From: Planctomycetota bacterium
GTDB taxonomy: Bacteria > Planctomycetota > UBA1135 > UBA2386
Direction: 5' to 3'
NCBI GenBank assembly: GCA_965228735.1
Contig: OZ245838.1
Coordinates: 7,104,001 to 7,168,000, forward strand
DNA: 64,000 nucleotides
How positions within the stretch are numbered: position 1 is the stretch's first letter; every line of letters begins with the position of its first letter. A program made the translations under genes and the position numbers. Below, one piece after another: positions 1-9,400 of the stretch. The notes under the pieces are model-generated. The model worked only from the letters and a program-made list of their open reading frames with translations. It had not been told where the DNA came from and ran no database searches.

Positions 1-3000
1 GGCTGCGAACCCGAACGCGCGGGACCGCGAGCCCGGGCGTCGACGTGATCGCGGTGCGGCCGTCGTCATCCGTGGGTTCGTGCGCGCTGGTCAGCGCAGC
101 CCCATCGCGCAAGAACGTCAGCTTGGCGCCTGCGAGTGGGCTGCCGTCCGGGGTTAGCACCCGGACCCTCGCCGTTCCGAGGCGCACATCGAAGTCCGCC
201 GTCGTGATCTGCCCGGACGCGACCGTTGCCTGCGCGCTCGAGTAGGCGCGCAGTCCGACGTCCCCGATGCGAACCCACGGGCCGGCTCGCCAGGTGCCGG
301 CCGGCAACAGAATCCGGTATCGCCCGTCCCCGTCCGACTGCGCGTAGCGCGTCTCCCGGCGCGGTGAACCGTCGGCGAGAACGCCGTCGATGGCAGCGAA
401 CTCGACCTGGCCCGTCAGTGGCTTGCCGGCGAGCGTGACCCGTCCTTCCATGCGTCCGAGTCGGTCCTGCGGACGGTTCAGCTCGATTTCCGCTTGCTCG
501 GCGTCGCGTAGCGTGATTCCGGTGCGAACCGTTCTTCCGCTGTCGGTGAAGCTGCCGGGTCCGAAGGAGCGGTACGTCATGAGCTGCAGATCCCAGCGGC
601 CGGGTGGGATCCCGCGCATTACGGCGACGCCATCATCATCGAACGAGAACGCTTCCTTGCTGCCCGACGGCGGAAAGTACACGGTGTCTCGTCCGGTGCC
701 CTGTCGGAGGCGAATCGCGGGGTAACGGGCGCGGTCCTTCTCGGAGACGGGGCCAGCGCGCGGCATGCCGGCCTGCTCCCGGAGATCGGCGAGGAGTTCG
801 AGGGGGCGCAACGTGACGCGGAGCGCCGCGCCGGCGTGCACCGTGGCGAAGATCGGTTCCGCGCTGAGTCGAATCCCGGTCAGGACGAGCGGATCGTGCG
901 GGCCGGTGATGCGCAGGCAGTACTCCCGGTCGGGGTCGCCTGCCAGCTTGCAACGACCGTTCGGGGCGCTCTGGGAGTCGACGAGAAGCGCCCGGTCGCG
1001 GGTCTGCCTGTTCCAACGATCGATCGCGAGGGCGCGGGTCTCGAACGTGACGGGCGAGCCGGGGATCGGCGCGAGGAGTTCGACTTTGCTGCCGACCGAT
1101 GGCTCGCCGTCCGCGAACTGCACGTGCACCTGCTGGCGAACTGCATCCTGTAGTTCGACCTGCACGGCGTTCGGCACGTCGCGAGAGAGGTTGACCTCGA
1201 GCGGGCCGAAGACCGCGAGGCCGGACTTCGTGATCGGCTCGACGACGAGCCAGTAGGCGCCCGGTGGGAACCCCACGACCTCTGCCACCCCGCCGCTGTG
1301 CTCCCAACCGCCGCGGACGCGGGTATCCAGGGGCGAGGACCGGCTCGAAGCTCCGGGCTTCTGGAACACGCGCAGTCCGAACTGCTCGACGGCGGCTCCG
1401 TCGCGTGCCCGTGTTGCGTGAACCCGGAGACTCGCGCCTGCTCGCAGCACCAGCCGGACGGGGTTGTCACCCCAGTCATGCTGTGCCTCGCTCGTCAGCC
1501 TCTCGTAGCTGTCGTGCTCCACTTCGAGGTGGAACGGGCCGCTCGGACGATCCGAAGAACGGTGCTGCAGCGTGAAGGCGCCGTCGCGCTTCGTGCGCGT
1601 CGAGGCCCCGCTACCAATCTCCCACGCGGGCCGCACGGTCGCGTTGTGCACGGGTCGGCCGGCTTCGTCGACGACGATCCCGCGCAGGGTCGGGATGTCG
1701 TGTGCTCGCTCGACGGTGAGGTCGAGTTGCTTGCGAGGCAGCGCCAGTGTGGTCACCACTGGTTCGTCCGCGAGGCGCGCGCCGTCGAGCTTGACCTCCC
1801 ACGAACCGGCCGCCAGGCGCGTAGTGACCTCGAACGTCCCGTCCTTCTTCGTGTAGCCGCTGCCGTACGTCATCGACCGGAGGCCGTCGGACGATCCGCG
1901 GTTGCCCGTTCGAATGAACCGAACCCGAATGCCCTCGCGAGGTGCGCCGTCGACATCGATCACTCGGCCGGCGACGTGAACGCCGGGCTCGAGGACGACG
2001 TCCGCGAAGTCCCTCGTCGTGCGCGGCGCGATCGAACTCCATCGTCCGTAGGTTTCGGTGAACCCGTCGCAGTTCAGCGAGAGCGTGAACTGATGCGACG
2101 ACGGTGGATCGAACCGCACTTCGAAGCGGCCGTCGGGGCCGGTGATTGACGGTTCCGGGTCCTGCCAGTCGACGGGTCCATGATCACGGATGTGCGCGTT
2201 GAGGCGTTCGTCGTTCGCGGCCCAACCGTGCAGCTCCACGCGCACGCCAGCGACGGCGTCGCCGGTCGCATCGACGCAGCGTCCGCGCAGGGTGGCTTCG
2301 TTCGTCCTGGGAGCGATCGCCGGTGCGACGACCGGGTCGCGTTCGAAGCGCTGTTGATCCCCATGACCCGCGACGGGGTCCGTGACCGCAATTGTTCGGT
2401 TCGTCGAGGGGTTGGTGCCGGCAGCGATTCCCGCGGTGCGGTCGTGAGCCGCGGTGGTCCCGTTCGCGTTCGGTGGGTCAGGTTGCATCGCAACCCACCA
2501 CGCACCGGCAGCGCAGGCGATGGTCAGACCGGCAATGGCGAGGTTCTTCATGAGCAGTCCTCCGGCGATCGTGGCGGCGGTTCCGGCCGCCAGGTTCGTT
2601 GCCGCCGCGCTTGCACTGCCGGTCGCGACGCCAGCCGGCACCGCGATGGGCCTGCCGCCGGCGATCAACGGCACGAACGCCCCGGCCCAGTCGCGGCCGT
2701 GCCTCTTTCCGAGCGCCTGGCGCAGCTTCGCGAGTGCGCGCGACAACCGCTGTCGCACGGTCGCTTCCCGTTCGCCCGTGACCGCGGCGATGCGGGCGCA
2801 CGAGTGGCCATCGAGATAACGCGCGACGACGACGGAACGATACGGCTCCGGCAACGCCAAGACGGCGTCCGTGAGCTCCTTGTGCCGCTGCAGGCGGTCG
2901 ACGGCGTCCCCGGGTTCGGGGCCCGGATCCCGGTCGTGACTGGCACGCGCCTCGACGTCACGCCGGCGGGCGCGTCGGGCCCGCCACCGCGCGGCCTGAC

Positions 3001-3220
3001 GGCGGGTGACCTCGAACAGCCAACGGCGAATGCCAGCTGGCCCCTCGATCCGCGGCCGCCGATCCAGCGCGGCCGCGACGACGTCCTGCGTCACGTCATC
3101 GGCGTCCGAATCCGATCGGAGCAGCCGCAATGCGAGGGCCCGCACCCAGCCGTACTCGGCGAGGACGCGGTCTTCGAGGTTTGCGACATCGGCATCGGTG
3201 GAGCGGTCGGAGGCGGCCAT
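1..3220 (-). CDS. ECF sigma factor fused via a TM helix to carboxypeptidase-regulatory-like (beta-sandwich) repeats; runs off the window edge
   Basis: Absent from the ORF track because there is no stop in the window. Manual translation from ATG 3220: MAASDRS...WVRALALRLL..DADDVTQDV..RRWLFEVTRR (sigma2), LPEPYRSVVVARYLDG..TVRQRLSRALAKLR (sigma4), TM MKNLAIAGLTIACAAGAWWV, then repeated GRxVDxxGxPxxG / TxxDGxF motifs. Frame is open to position 2. Confidence 0.88.
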   Translation of the reverse strand, partial: MAASDRSTDADVANLEDRVLAEYGWVRALALRLLRSDSDADDVTQDVVAAALDRRPRIEGPAGIRRWLFEVTRRQAARWRARRARRRDVEARASHDRDPGPEPGDAVDRLQRHKELTDAVLALPEPYRSVVVARYLDGHSCARIAAVTGEREATVRQRLSRALAKLRQALGKRHGRDWAGAFVPLIAGGRPIAVPAGVATGSASAAATNLAAGTAATIAGGLLMKNLAIAGLTIACAAGAWWVAMQPDPPNANGTTAAHDRTAGIAAGTNPSTNRTIAVTDPVAGHGDQQRFERDPVVAPAIAPRTNEATLRGRCVDATGDAVAGVRVELHGWAANDERLNAHIRDHGPVDWQDPEPSITGPDGRFEVRFDPPSSHQFTLSLNCDGFTETYGRWSSIAPRTTRDFADVVLEPGVHVAGRVIDVDGAPREGIRVRFIRTGNRGSSDGLRSMTYGSGYTKKDGTFEVTTRLAAGSWEVKLDGARLADEPVVTTLALPRKQLDLTVERAHDIPTLRGIVVDEAGRPVHNATVRPAWEIGSGASTRTKRDGAFTLQHRSSDRPSGPFHLEVEHDSYERLTSEAQHDWGDNPVRLVLRAGASLRVHATRARDGAAVEQFGLRVFQKPGASSRSSPLDTRVRGGWEHSGGVAEVVGFPPGAYWLVVEPITKSGLAVFGPLEVNLSRDVPNAVQVELQDAVRQQVHVQFADGEPSVGSKVELLAPIPGSPVTFETRALAIDRWNRQTRDRALLVDSQSAPNGRCKLAGDPDREYCLRITGPHDPLVLTGIRLSAEPIFATVHAGAALRVTLRPLELLADLREQAGMPRAGPVSEKDRARYPAIRLRQGTGRDTVYFPPSGSKEAFSFDDDGVAVMRGIPPGRWDLQLMTYRSFGPGSFTDSGRTVRTGITLRDAEQAEIELNRPQDRLGRMEGRVTLAGKPLTGQVEFAAIDGVLADGSPRRETRYAQSDGDGRYRILLPAGTWRAGPWVRIGDVGLRAYSSAQATVASGQITTADFDVRLGTARVRVLTPDGSPLAGAKLTFLRDGAALTSAHEPTDDDGRTAITSTPGLAVPRVRVRS

Positions 3221-3295
3221 TCGATCGGTATCTTCCTGGCGCACGGGTAGCGTGACAGGAATTCCGGATCAGGTCGTTGCCCGCATCGGTGCGAG

Positions 3296-4948
3296 CTACT
3301 GGAGCCCGATCTGCGCCGGCGCGGTCTCGGCGTTGAGGTCGAACTTGCCGCTCTTCAACAGCTGCGTGCCGGCGTGCAGTTCCCAGACGTAGTGGCCTGC
3401 AGGCAGCTCGGCAGTGGTCGGGTAGCCGCGCAGGAAACGCGCCCAAACGGGCACCCGCTTGCGGTCGAAGATCGTCAGGCAGTGGATGTCCGAACGAGGC
3501 ACGTCGAACGTCGCAGCGATGTCGACTTTGTGGGTTCCGGCGAGCGTCAGAACCACGGGTTCGTCGCCCAGCCCGGCGGTGTTGACGACCGTGTTGGCTT
3601 GCGACTGACCGCGCACGAATGCCTGGATCAGGTAGCGCCCGTTGCCGATGCCGCTGAGCTTGCACGTGCCATCCGACTCCGTGCGGCCGGAGCGGCGGTA
3701 CATCGACGGCTGCGGGAACCGCCGGCGATCGAGGTTCTGCCATTGGATCGTCGCGCCCGCCGCCGGTTCGCCCGTGGCGTCGACGACCTTGACGGCGACC
3801 TCTCGCGGTGGGTGCAGCGCGATCGTGCCGAGGTCGTGCTCGCCGGGCGTCAGACGCAGGAGGTCGTGGTAGTGCTCGAGATCCTTCGCCCAGATGTCGA
3901 GCTCGAGGATCCCGACCCGCTCGTTCTCGAGCGTGATGCGACCGTCCGCGTCCGTCGGGCGGCCGCCGCCACCGGACTGACTGTCGCTGATGCCGACCCT
4001 GGCACCCTCGACGGGCAAGCCCGTCGCAGCGTTGATCACCTGCAGCGTGACCGTCGTCGTGGATTCGCGGACGGTCTCGAGCGGAACTTCGAGGATCACT
4101 TCCTTGTCGCCCGGGTTCACGGTCGCGGTCGCGAGAACGAGGTGGCGGAACACCGCGGCAACGTAGATCGGCGGCGGCTCCGAAAGCTCGAGGATGCCCG
4201 ACACACCGGCCGGCATGGGGTCGCGTTCGCGCGCCATGAAACCGTTGGCTGCCCGCCACGAGCCGATCCCGAAACGCGAGTAGCCGCGCAGTTCGGTCAT
4301 CGGCAGATTGCCTTGGATCGGCTCCTTGGAGGCCACGGCGAGGACCTGGGTGTAGTGACCGAGCTTGGCCTCGGCGATGGCCTCGTGCAGCGGCTGACCG
4401 TCAGGGGTCTGGATCTTGACCGTCACGAGGAACGACGGTGAGAACGTCAGGTCGAGCCGCTGCGTCGGCGTATCGAAGATCTCGACCTCCTGCCGCAGGA
4501 CCGCGAAGTCCGCGGGTTTGGAGTACACGTTCCAGCGCCCTGGCGTGAGCCCGGTGAGCGCGAACCCGCGGCCGCCTTCGACGCTCGCCCGGCGTCGGAT
4601 CTTCGTATCCGCGACGCTCGAGAAGCTGATCGAACACTCCTCGATGGGCGTGCCGTCGGTCGATCGCGCCATGCCATAGACGAACGTGCCGAACGCCGGA
4701 TCGTAGTCGATGGTCGGACCGCTCGCGGTCGGGGTCGGGGCCGACTCGCGGATCGGGGCCGTGACCGGCGCGGTCTCGGCGCCGCGATCGAAGTTCGCAT
4801 TGGTTGCGAGCGTCGCATCGGATGCCGTGACGGTGCGATCCGGCGCGGGGTTCGGCTGCGGCGGCAGGGCTGGTTCGCTGCGAAACGCGACGAACCCGAG
4901 GAACAGGCCGAGTGCGAGGCCGAGAACGAGTGGGAGTGCTCGCTGCAT
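3296..4948 (-). CDS. Membrane-anchored carboxypeptidase-regulatory-like domain protein
   Basis: N-terminal TM, Pro/Ala linker, repeated TDGxP / PVEGARV / TDADGR motifs; GGAG upstream of the ATG. Confidence 0.82.
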   Translation of the reverse strand: MQRALPLVLGLALGLFLGFVAFRSEPALPPQPNPAPDRTVTASDATLATNANFDRGAETAPVTAPIRESAPTPTASGPTIDYDPAFGTFVYGMARSTDGTPIEECSISFSSVADTKIRRRASVEGGRGFALTGLTPGRWNVYSKPADFAVLRQEVEIFDTPTQRLDLTFSPSFLVTVKIQTPDGQPLHEAIAEAKLGHYTQVLAVASKEPIQGNLPMTELRGYSRFGIGSWRAANGFMARERDPMPAGVSGILELSEPPPIYVAAVFRHLVLATATVNPGDKEVILEVPLETVRESTTTVTLQVINAATGLPVEGARVGISDSQSGGGGRPTDADGRITLENERVGILELDIWAKDLEHYHDLLRLTPGEHDLGTIALHPPREVAVKVVDATGEPAAGATIQWQNLDRRRFPQPSMYRRSGRTESDGTCKLSGIGNGRYLIQAFVRGQSQANTVVNTAGLGDEPVVLTLAGTHKVDIAATFDVPRSDIHCLTIFDRKRVPVWARFLRGYPTTAELPAGHYVWELHAGTQLLKSGKFDLNAETAPAQIGLQ

Positions 4949-5006
4949 GTCTTCTCCAGGGACAGCGTGAGGGGTCGCGGCGCGGCGCGCCGATCAGCCT
5001 TCCAGT

Positions 5007-5558
5007 CTAGCGAGTTCGCGGCGAGTTCGCCGGGATCGGCGGTTGCCGACCGCCGGCCAGCACGAACGCCGAGAACGCGGGATCCGTCGTGACCTCACGC
5101 GTGGCCCAATCGGGCAGCGCAATGCCGTCGAGCTCGGCGTCGGTCTCGCACTCCACTTCGGCGAGGATCAGGCCGGCGCGGTGGGCGGGTTCTTCCCAGA
5201 CGTCGACGGCCCAGGTCGCGCCGTGGTGCTCGAGCGAATAGCGCCGCTTGCAGCAGTCGACGCCGGGAAGCGCGGCCAGCGGCGGCGATTCACCTGGTGC
5301 GAGGTAGATCGTCGTGAGCAGCCGACGCCGTGGATCATCCGGCGCGTCCGGGTCCGGTCGCTTCTGGCCGAGCTTGGTGACGAGGTGGTCGCCGCCTGGC
5401 GACTCCACGCGGCGAATGCGCAGCTCGGCGCCAGTAACGAAACGATCGCGCAGGCGGACGAAGTCGCCCTCGTCGACCCCCGGGGGCAGGCGATCGAGCA
5501 CGAAGCGGCGTTCGCGCTCGACGCGCGCGTAGTCGGTGCGTTGCAGAGGTCGGGTCAC
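5007..5558 (-). CDS. CYTH-like (triphosphate tunnel) protein
   Basis: ERERRF, ELRIRR, KRRY, VDVW, LAEVE and EVTTDP motifs; GTG start at 5558 inferred. Confidence 0.8.
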   Translation of the reverse strand: MTRPLQRTDYARVERERRFVLDRLPPGVDEGDFVRLRDRFVTGAELRIRRVESPGGDHLVTKLGQKRPDPDAPDDPRRRLLTTIYLAPGESPPLAALPGVDCCKRRYSLEHHGATWAVDVWEEPAHRAGLILAEVECETDAELDGIALPDWATREVTTDPAFSAFVLAGGRQPPIPANSPRTR

Positions 5559-5666
5559 GTCGTCATCGCCGAGTGTAGCAGTCCGGTGGCGTGGACTTGC
5601 GCCCCGTGCTACCGGTGCCCGCGGTGTTGCCCCTGCGCGGGATAGTGTCGTGCTAGGCTGGTCCGA

Positions 5667-7160
5667 ATGCCTCGTCGTTGCGTGGTCGTCGCCCTCGTCG
5701 GTGGGTTCGTCGCCCTCGTGGCGACGGCGGGCAGGAGCCAGGCACCCTGCGGTGCAGTGCCGTACGGCAGCGGCGCGCCGGGCGCGAACGCCATCGTCCC
5801 GGACATCACGATCACCGGCCTGCCATTGCTCGGCAACGCCGGGTTCGGCTACCGCGTCGCCGACGTTCCAGGTGGGGCGTGGACGGTGCACCTGCTCGGG
5901 ATCGCGCCGGCGTCGACGAACGTGCTCGGCGTCGAAGTGCTCGTCGACACGCCCGTGGTGGCCGGCACGTTCGCCGCGTCGAACGGAGGGGCGGCGTTCC
6001 GTTTGCCCCTGCCATCAGCTCCCGCGCTGACCGGATTGCCGCTCTTCGCGCAGACCGGAGCGCTCGACCCGGCGGCCCCGCAGGGGATCTCGGCGAGCGC
6101 GGGGCTGATGGTCGACCTGCGGCGAAACAACATGCTCGGCGCCGTGAGCGCCTACCAGGGCGCCGCCGCGTCGGATGCGTTCTGCGCGATCCACTACCTC
6201 GGCAACGGTCGCATCATCGCCGGCAAGCGGTCGTCGACGGCCAGCAACCGCTTCCTGCTGAGCGTCGACTACGGAATCAACTGGCAGGTCGTGGGCTGTC
6301 CGGGCTCGACGGGCTCGCACGCCTACTTCTTCGGAGCGGATGGCGCGACGGTGTTCTCCGGCACCGGCGACACGGGCAACGCGTGCCTCATGCGCAGCGA
6401 TGATTCTGGCGGGACGTGGACGGTTGCGCTCACGACCGCGCAGATCGGCGCGCTCATCGGCAGCGCGGATCCCAAGGCCGTGTTCGGGCCCGTGGCGCTC
6501 GGCAATGGCGAGTGGCTCGTGAACATCAAGAGCTTCGACTCGAGCAGCTCCGTGATCCGTTCGACGGACAACGGCCAGACGTGGCAGTTGCCCGCGGCGC
6601 AGCCGGGCGTCGGACCGTCGTCGTGGGCGCGGCAGATGATCCGCACGGGCGACGGCGTGTTGCTGTGGCCTGAGGTGCTGACCGATCGCATGTTCCGCTC
6701 GGTCGACGGCGGCGCGTCGTGGAGCATCGCGACGGTGCCGGGTGCCGCGCTCTTCCAGCCCCTCTGCGATGCTGGCGCTGGCGTCTATCTGTGCGGGGAT
6801 GCGAGCCCGGCGGCGAACGGCACGATTCGTCTGCATCGCAGCCTCGACCAGGGGCTCACGTGGTCTGCCGTCGCCGCCGTCAACCTGCAGCAGCCCGCGG
6901 TGACCTACTGGCGCGACGTGATCCGCGCGGGCGGCGCGCTCTATGCGTCGGCGTGCTGTGTCGAAGGGCAGAGCCAGGCGCGCGCGATGCAGCTCTGCCG
7001 TTCGGTCGACGACGGCGCCACGTGGTGTTCGCTCGGCAATCCGTTCGTCGGGCCCTACGGCGGCATGCAGGCGATCTATCAGATGTGCGTGACGGAGCTC
7101 GGTGACGTGTTCGCCGCGTGCCAGCCCGACAGCACGATCGTTCGTTGGCGCGCGCCGTAG
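5667..7160 (+). CDS. Secreted Asp-box (BNR) beta-propeller protein with an N-terminal copy of the shared module
   Basis: Signal peptide; six SxDxGxxW boxes (SVDYGINW, SDDSGGTW, STDNGQTW, SVDGGASW, SLDQGLTW, SVDDGATW). Confidence 0.85.
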   Translation: MPRRCVVVALVGGFVALVATAGRSQAPCGAVPYGSGAPGANAIVPDITITGLPLLGNAGFGYRVADVPGGAWTVHLLGIAPASTNVLGVEVLVDTPVVAGTFAASNGGAAFRLPLPSAPALTGLPLFAQTGALDPAAPQGISASAGLMVDLRRNNMLGAVSAYQGAAASDAFCAIHYLGNGRIIAGKRSSTASNRFLLSVDYGINWQVVGCPGSTGSHAYFFGADGATVFSGTGDTGNACLMRSDDSGGTWTVALTTAQIGALIGSADPKAVFGPVALGNGEWLVNIKSFDSSSSVIRSTDNGQTWQLPAAQPGVGPSSWARQMIRTGDGVLLWPEVLTDRMFRSVDGGASWSIATVPGAALFQPLCDAGAGVYLCGDASPAANGTIRLHRSLDQGLTWSAVAAVNLQQPAVTYWRDVIRAGGALYASACCVEGQSQARAMQLCRSVDDGATWCSLGNPFVGPYGGMQAIYQMCVTELGDVFAACQPDSTIVRWRAP

Positions 7161-7381
7161 TTACGGCGTTGTCGGACTTGGGGAGAACGCTCCACATAGC
7201 GCGCGGACTCGCGCGGGCGATCGTGCAGTCGGCGCTCGTGGTGGGGTTGGCGCCAACCGGTGAGTGCGACGACAATCTGCCGAGTCAGGCAACTCGCCGC
7301 GCAACGATGCCCGTCGAGCCAGCCGCGAGCCGCGTTGGTTCGCCTCGGGAAGCCACCGTCAACCAGGTGTCAGGAAACCTC

Positions 7382-9286
7382 ATGCCGACGTTCCGTTTCG
7401 TCGTCGCAGCGACTCTCGCTGCAGCCGTTCAAGCCCAGGACTGCACGGGCACCACCGCGCAATCCGTCCTGCGCAACCGCGACCCCTGGGGGGCGACGTT
7501 CTTCTACGGCTCCAGCAACGGGCCGACGGGTGCGCAGACGCTCGCCCTGTTCTTCGATCTCGAGACGCGCGCCCCGATCACGATCGAAGCGATGCAGATC
7601 CCGACCTATGACCAGGGCGCGGGCAATCCGGTCATCCCGACCCAGCTCGGCAACGTCGCGGAGGTGCGCGTCTATCTGATCCCCGGCACGCGAACGGGCA
7701 ACGAGACGAACCAGAGCGCGTGGGGCATCGACGCTCTCGGTGTCGGCACGGCCGATGGCGCGCCCGAGGCGCTCGGCGAACTCACGGTGGTCGCGTGGAA
7801 CGGCGACAGTCCGATCGTCAACTTCAAGGATCCGGTGACCGGCCTGCCGGCGCCGTTCGACGTGCCCGTCGGGCAGTTCGGCGTCTGCCTCGAGGTCATC
7901 CCGACGACGTGGTCCGGAACGACCGCGCTGCCGCAGACGAACTTGCCGCTGCTCAACCCCGGCCCCCTGCACACGATCGGGGTGAGCCCCAACCCGGGCG
8001 TTGCGTGGGCCGATGATCTGATCACGGTCGACAACGACGGGGTGCAGCAGCGGGGTTGGCAGATCGTCGACCCGACCGGCGTGATCGGACCGAATCCGTC
8101 GCCGACCGGCGTCATCGACAGCATCAACATCGAGATCGCGTACACGCCGTCGCCCAACGCGGCACGCAGTCTCGCGTACGGCGAGGGCTGCTACGACCGG
8201 CCGCGGGCGTTCTACGACCAGCTCCCCGAAGCAACGGCGTCGGGCAGCTACCTCGAGAACACGGGGATGTCGTTCGCGCCGCTCGGCGCGCCGGTCGAGG
8301 CCTACCTGCCGGGTGCAGGTGCTGCGTATGCACCGCCTGGCGCGGGCGCGACGAATCTGGCGGCCGGCGCGTTCACGTCGAGCTCGAGCGCGTCCTGGGA
8401 CGACGCGAGCGTGACCCAGGCGCTCGGGTTCACGTTCCCGTTCCCGGGCGGCAGCACCGATACCGTCACGATCAACAGCAACGGCAAGATCTACCTCGGC
8501 GTGACCCTCGATGGATCGTTCGCGACCAACGGCGCCAGCTACGGCAGCGTCGCCGTGCTCGAGAACGGTCCGCCGAGCGGTCCGCTCGCGCAGTGGTGTC
8601 CGTTCTTCACCGACCTCGATCCGAGCGATCCGATAGCGCCTGCTGGCAGCGGCGTGTTCTTCGAACAGCTCACCCCGACGAGCTGCCGGATCCATTGGCA
8701 TGATCTGCCCAACTGGCCCGCCGTTGCCGGTCAGCTCAGTCAGGTCAGTATGACCCTCGATGCGTCCGGCCAGGTCGACGTCGCGTGGGGCGTGCTCGAG
8801 AACTCGGCGCCCGGGAGCGGCAACGACGCGCTCATCGGCTTCGCGAGCGGTAACGGCGAGCCGGTCGGGATGCCGCAGATGCTCACCGGTCTGTTCGGCA
8901 CGCCGACGGGCAACGGCGCCGTGGCGCCGAAGCTCGTGATCCGCGGTCGCCCGGTCGCCGGGGCAACGGTCGATCTCGAGATCGAGGACGTCTCGCCGGG
9001 CACGATCTGCGGCTGCATCTCGTTCGCCTATGGCTTCGAGCCGCTGCCCGGCGTGTCGCTCGCGAACTTCGGTCTGCCGGGCTGCTCGCTGTTCATCGAC
9101 AACAGCACCGTACTCGCGGGCGTGTTCTTCTTCCCCGGCCCGCAGAACGAGCTGCGCTGGAGCTGGTCGGTGCCGACCGGCTTCAACGGGGTCGGCACCT
9201 ACCTGCAGGCCGCGACGCTCACGCCGGGAGTCAACGCCGCGAGCCTGCTGATGACCAACGGGCTTTGCGCTCGACTCGGCCTCTGA
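7382..9286 (+). CDS. Secreted beta-rich protein with nidogen-like central region and shared C-terminal module
   Basis: AGGA upstream of ATG 7382; signal peptide ending VQA-Q; WDD..GFTFPFPG..INSNG segment. Confidence 0.8.
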   Translation: MPTFRFVVAATLAAAVQAQDCTGTTAQSVLRNRDPWGATFFYGSSNGPTGAQTLALFFDLETRAPITIEAMQIPTYDQGAGNPVIPTQLGNVAEVRVYLIPGTRTGNETNQSAWGIDALGVGTADGAPEALGELTVVAWNGDSPIVNFKDPVTGLPAPFDVPVGQFGVCLEVIPTTWSGTTALPQTNLPLLNPGPLHTIGVSPNPGVAWADDLITVDNDGVQQRGWQIVDPTGVIGPNPSPTGVIDSINIEIAYTPSPNAARSLAYGEGCYDRPRAFYDQLPEATASGSYLENTGMSFAPLGAPVEAYLPGAGAAYAPPGAGATNLAAGAFTSSSSASWDDASVTQALGFTFPFPGGSTDTVTINSNGKIYLGVTLDGSFATNGASYGSVAVLENGPPSGPLAQWCPFFTDLDPSDPIAPAGSGVFFEQLTPTSCRIHWHDLPNWPAVAGQLSQVSMTLDASGQVDVAWGVLENSAPGSGNDALIGFASGNGEPVGMPQMLTGLFGTPTGNGAVAPKLVIRGRPVAGATVDLEIEDVSPGTICGCISFAYGFEPLPGVSLANFGLPGCSLFIDNSTVLAGVFFFPGPQNELRWSWSVPTGFNGVGTYLQAATLTPGVNAASLLMTNGLCARLGL

Positions 9287-9400
9287 GGCCCCTCTACCCA
9301 TCCAGCTGTTTCACCAACGGCACCTCGACGCGCGAGCTCGCCTTCCGCGTCGTGGCGTCGTTGGCGAAGTTCGGATAGGGCGGGCGCGGCGAGGCACCGG

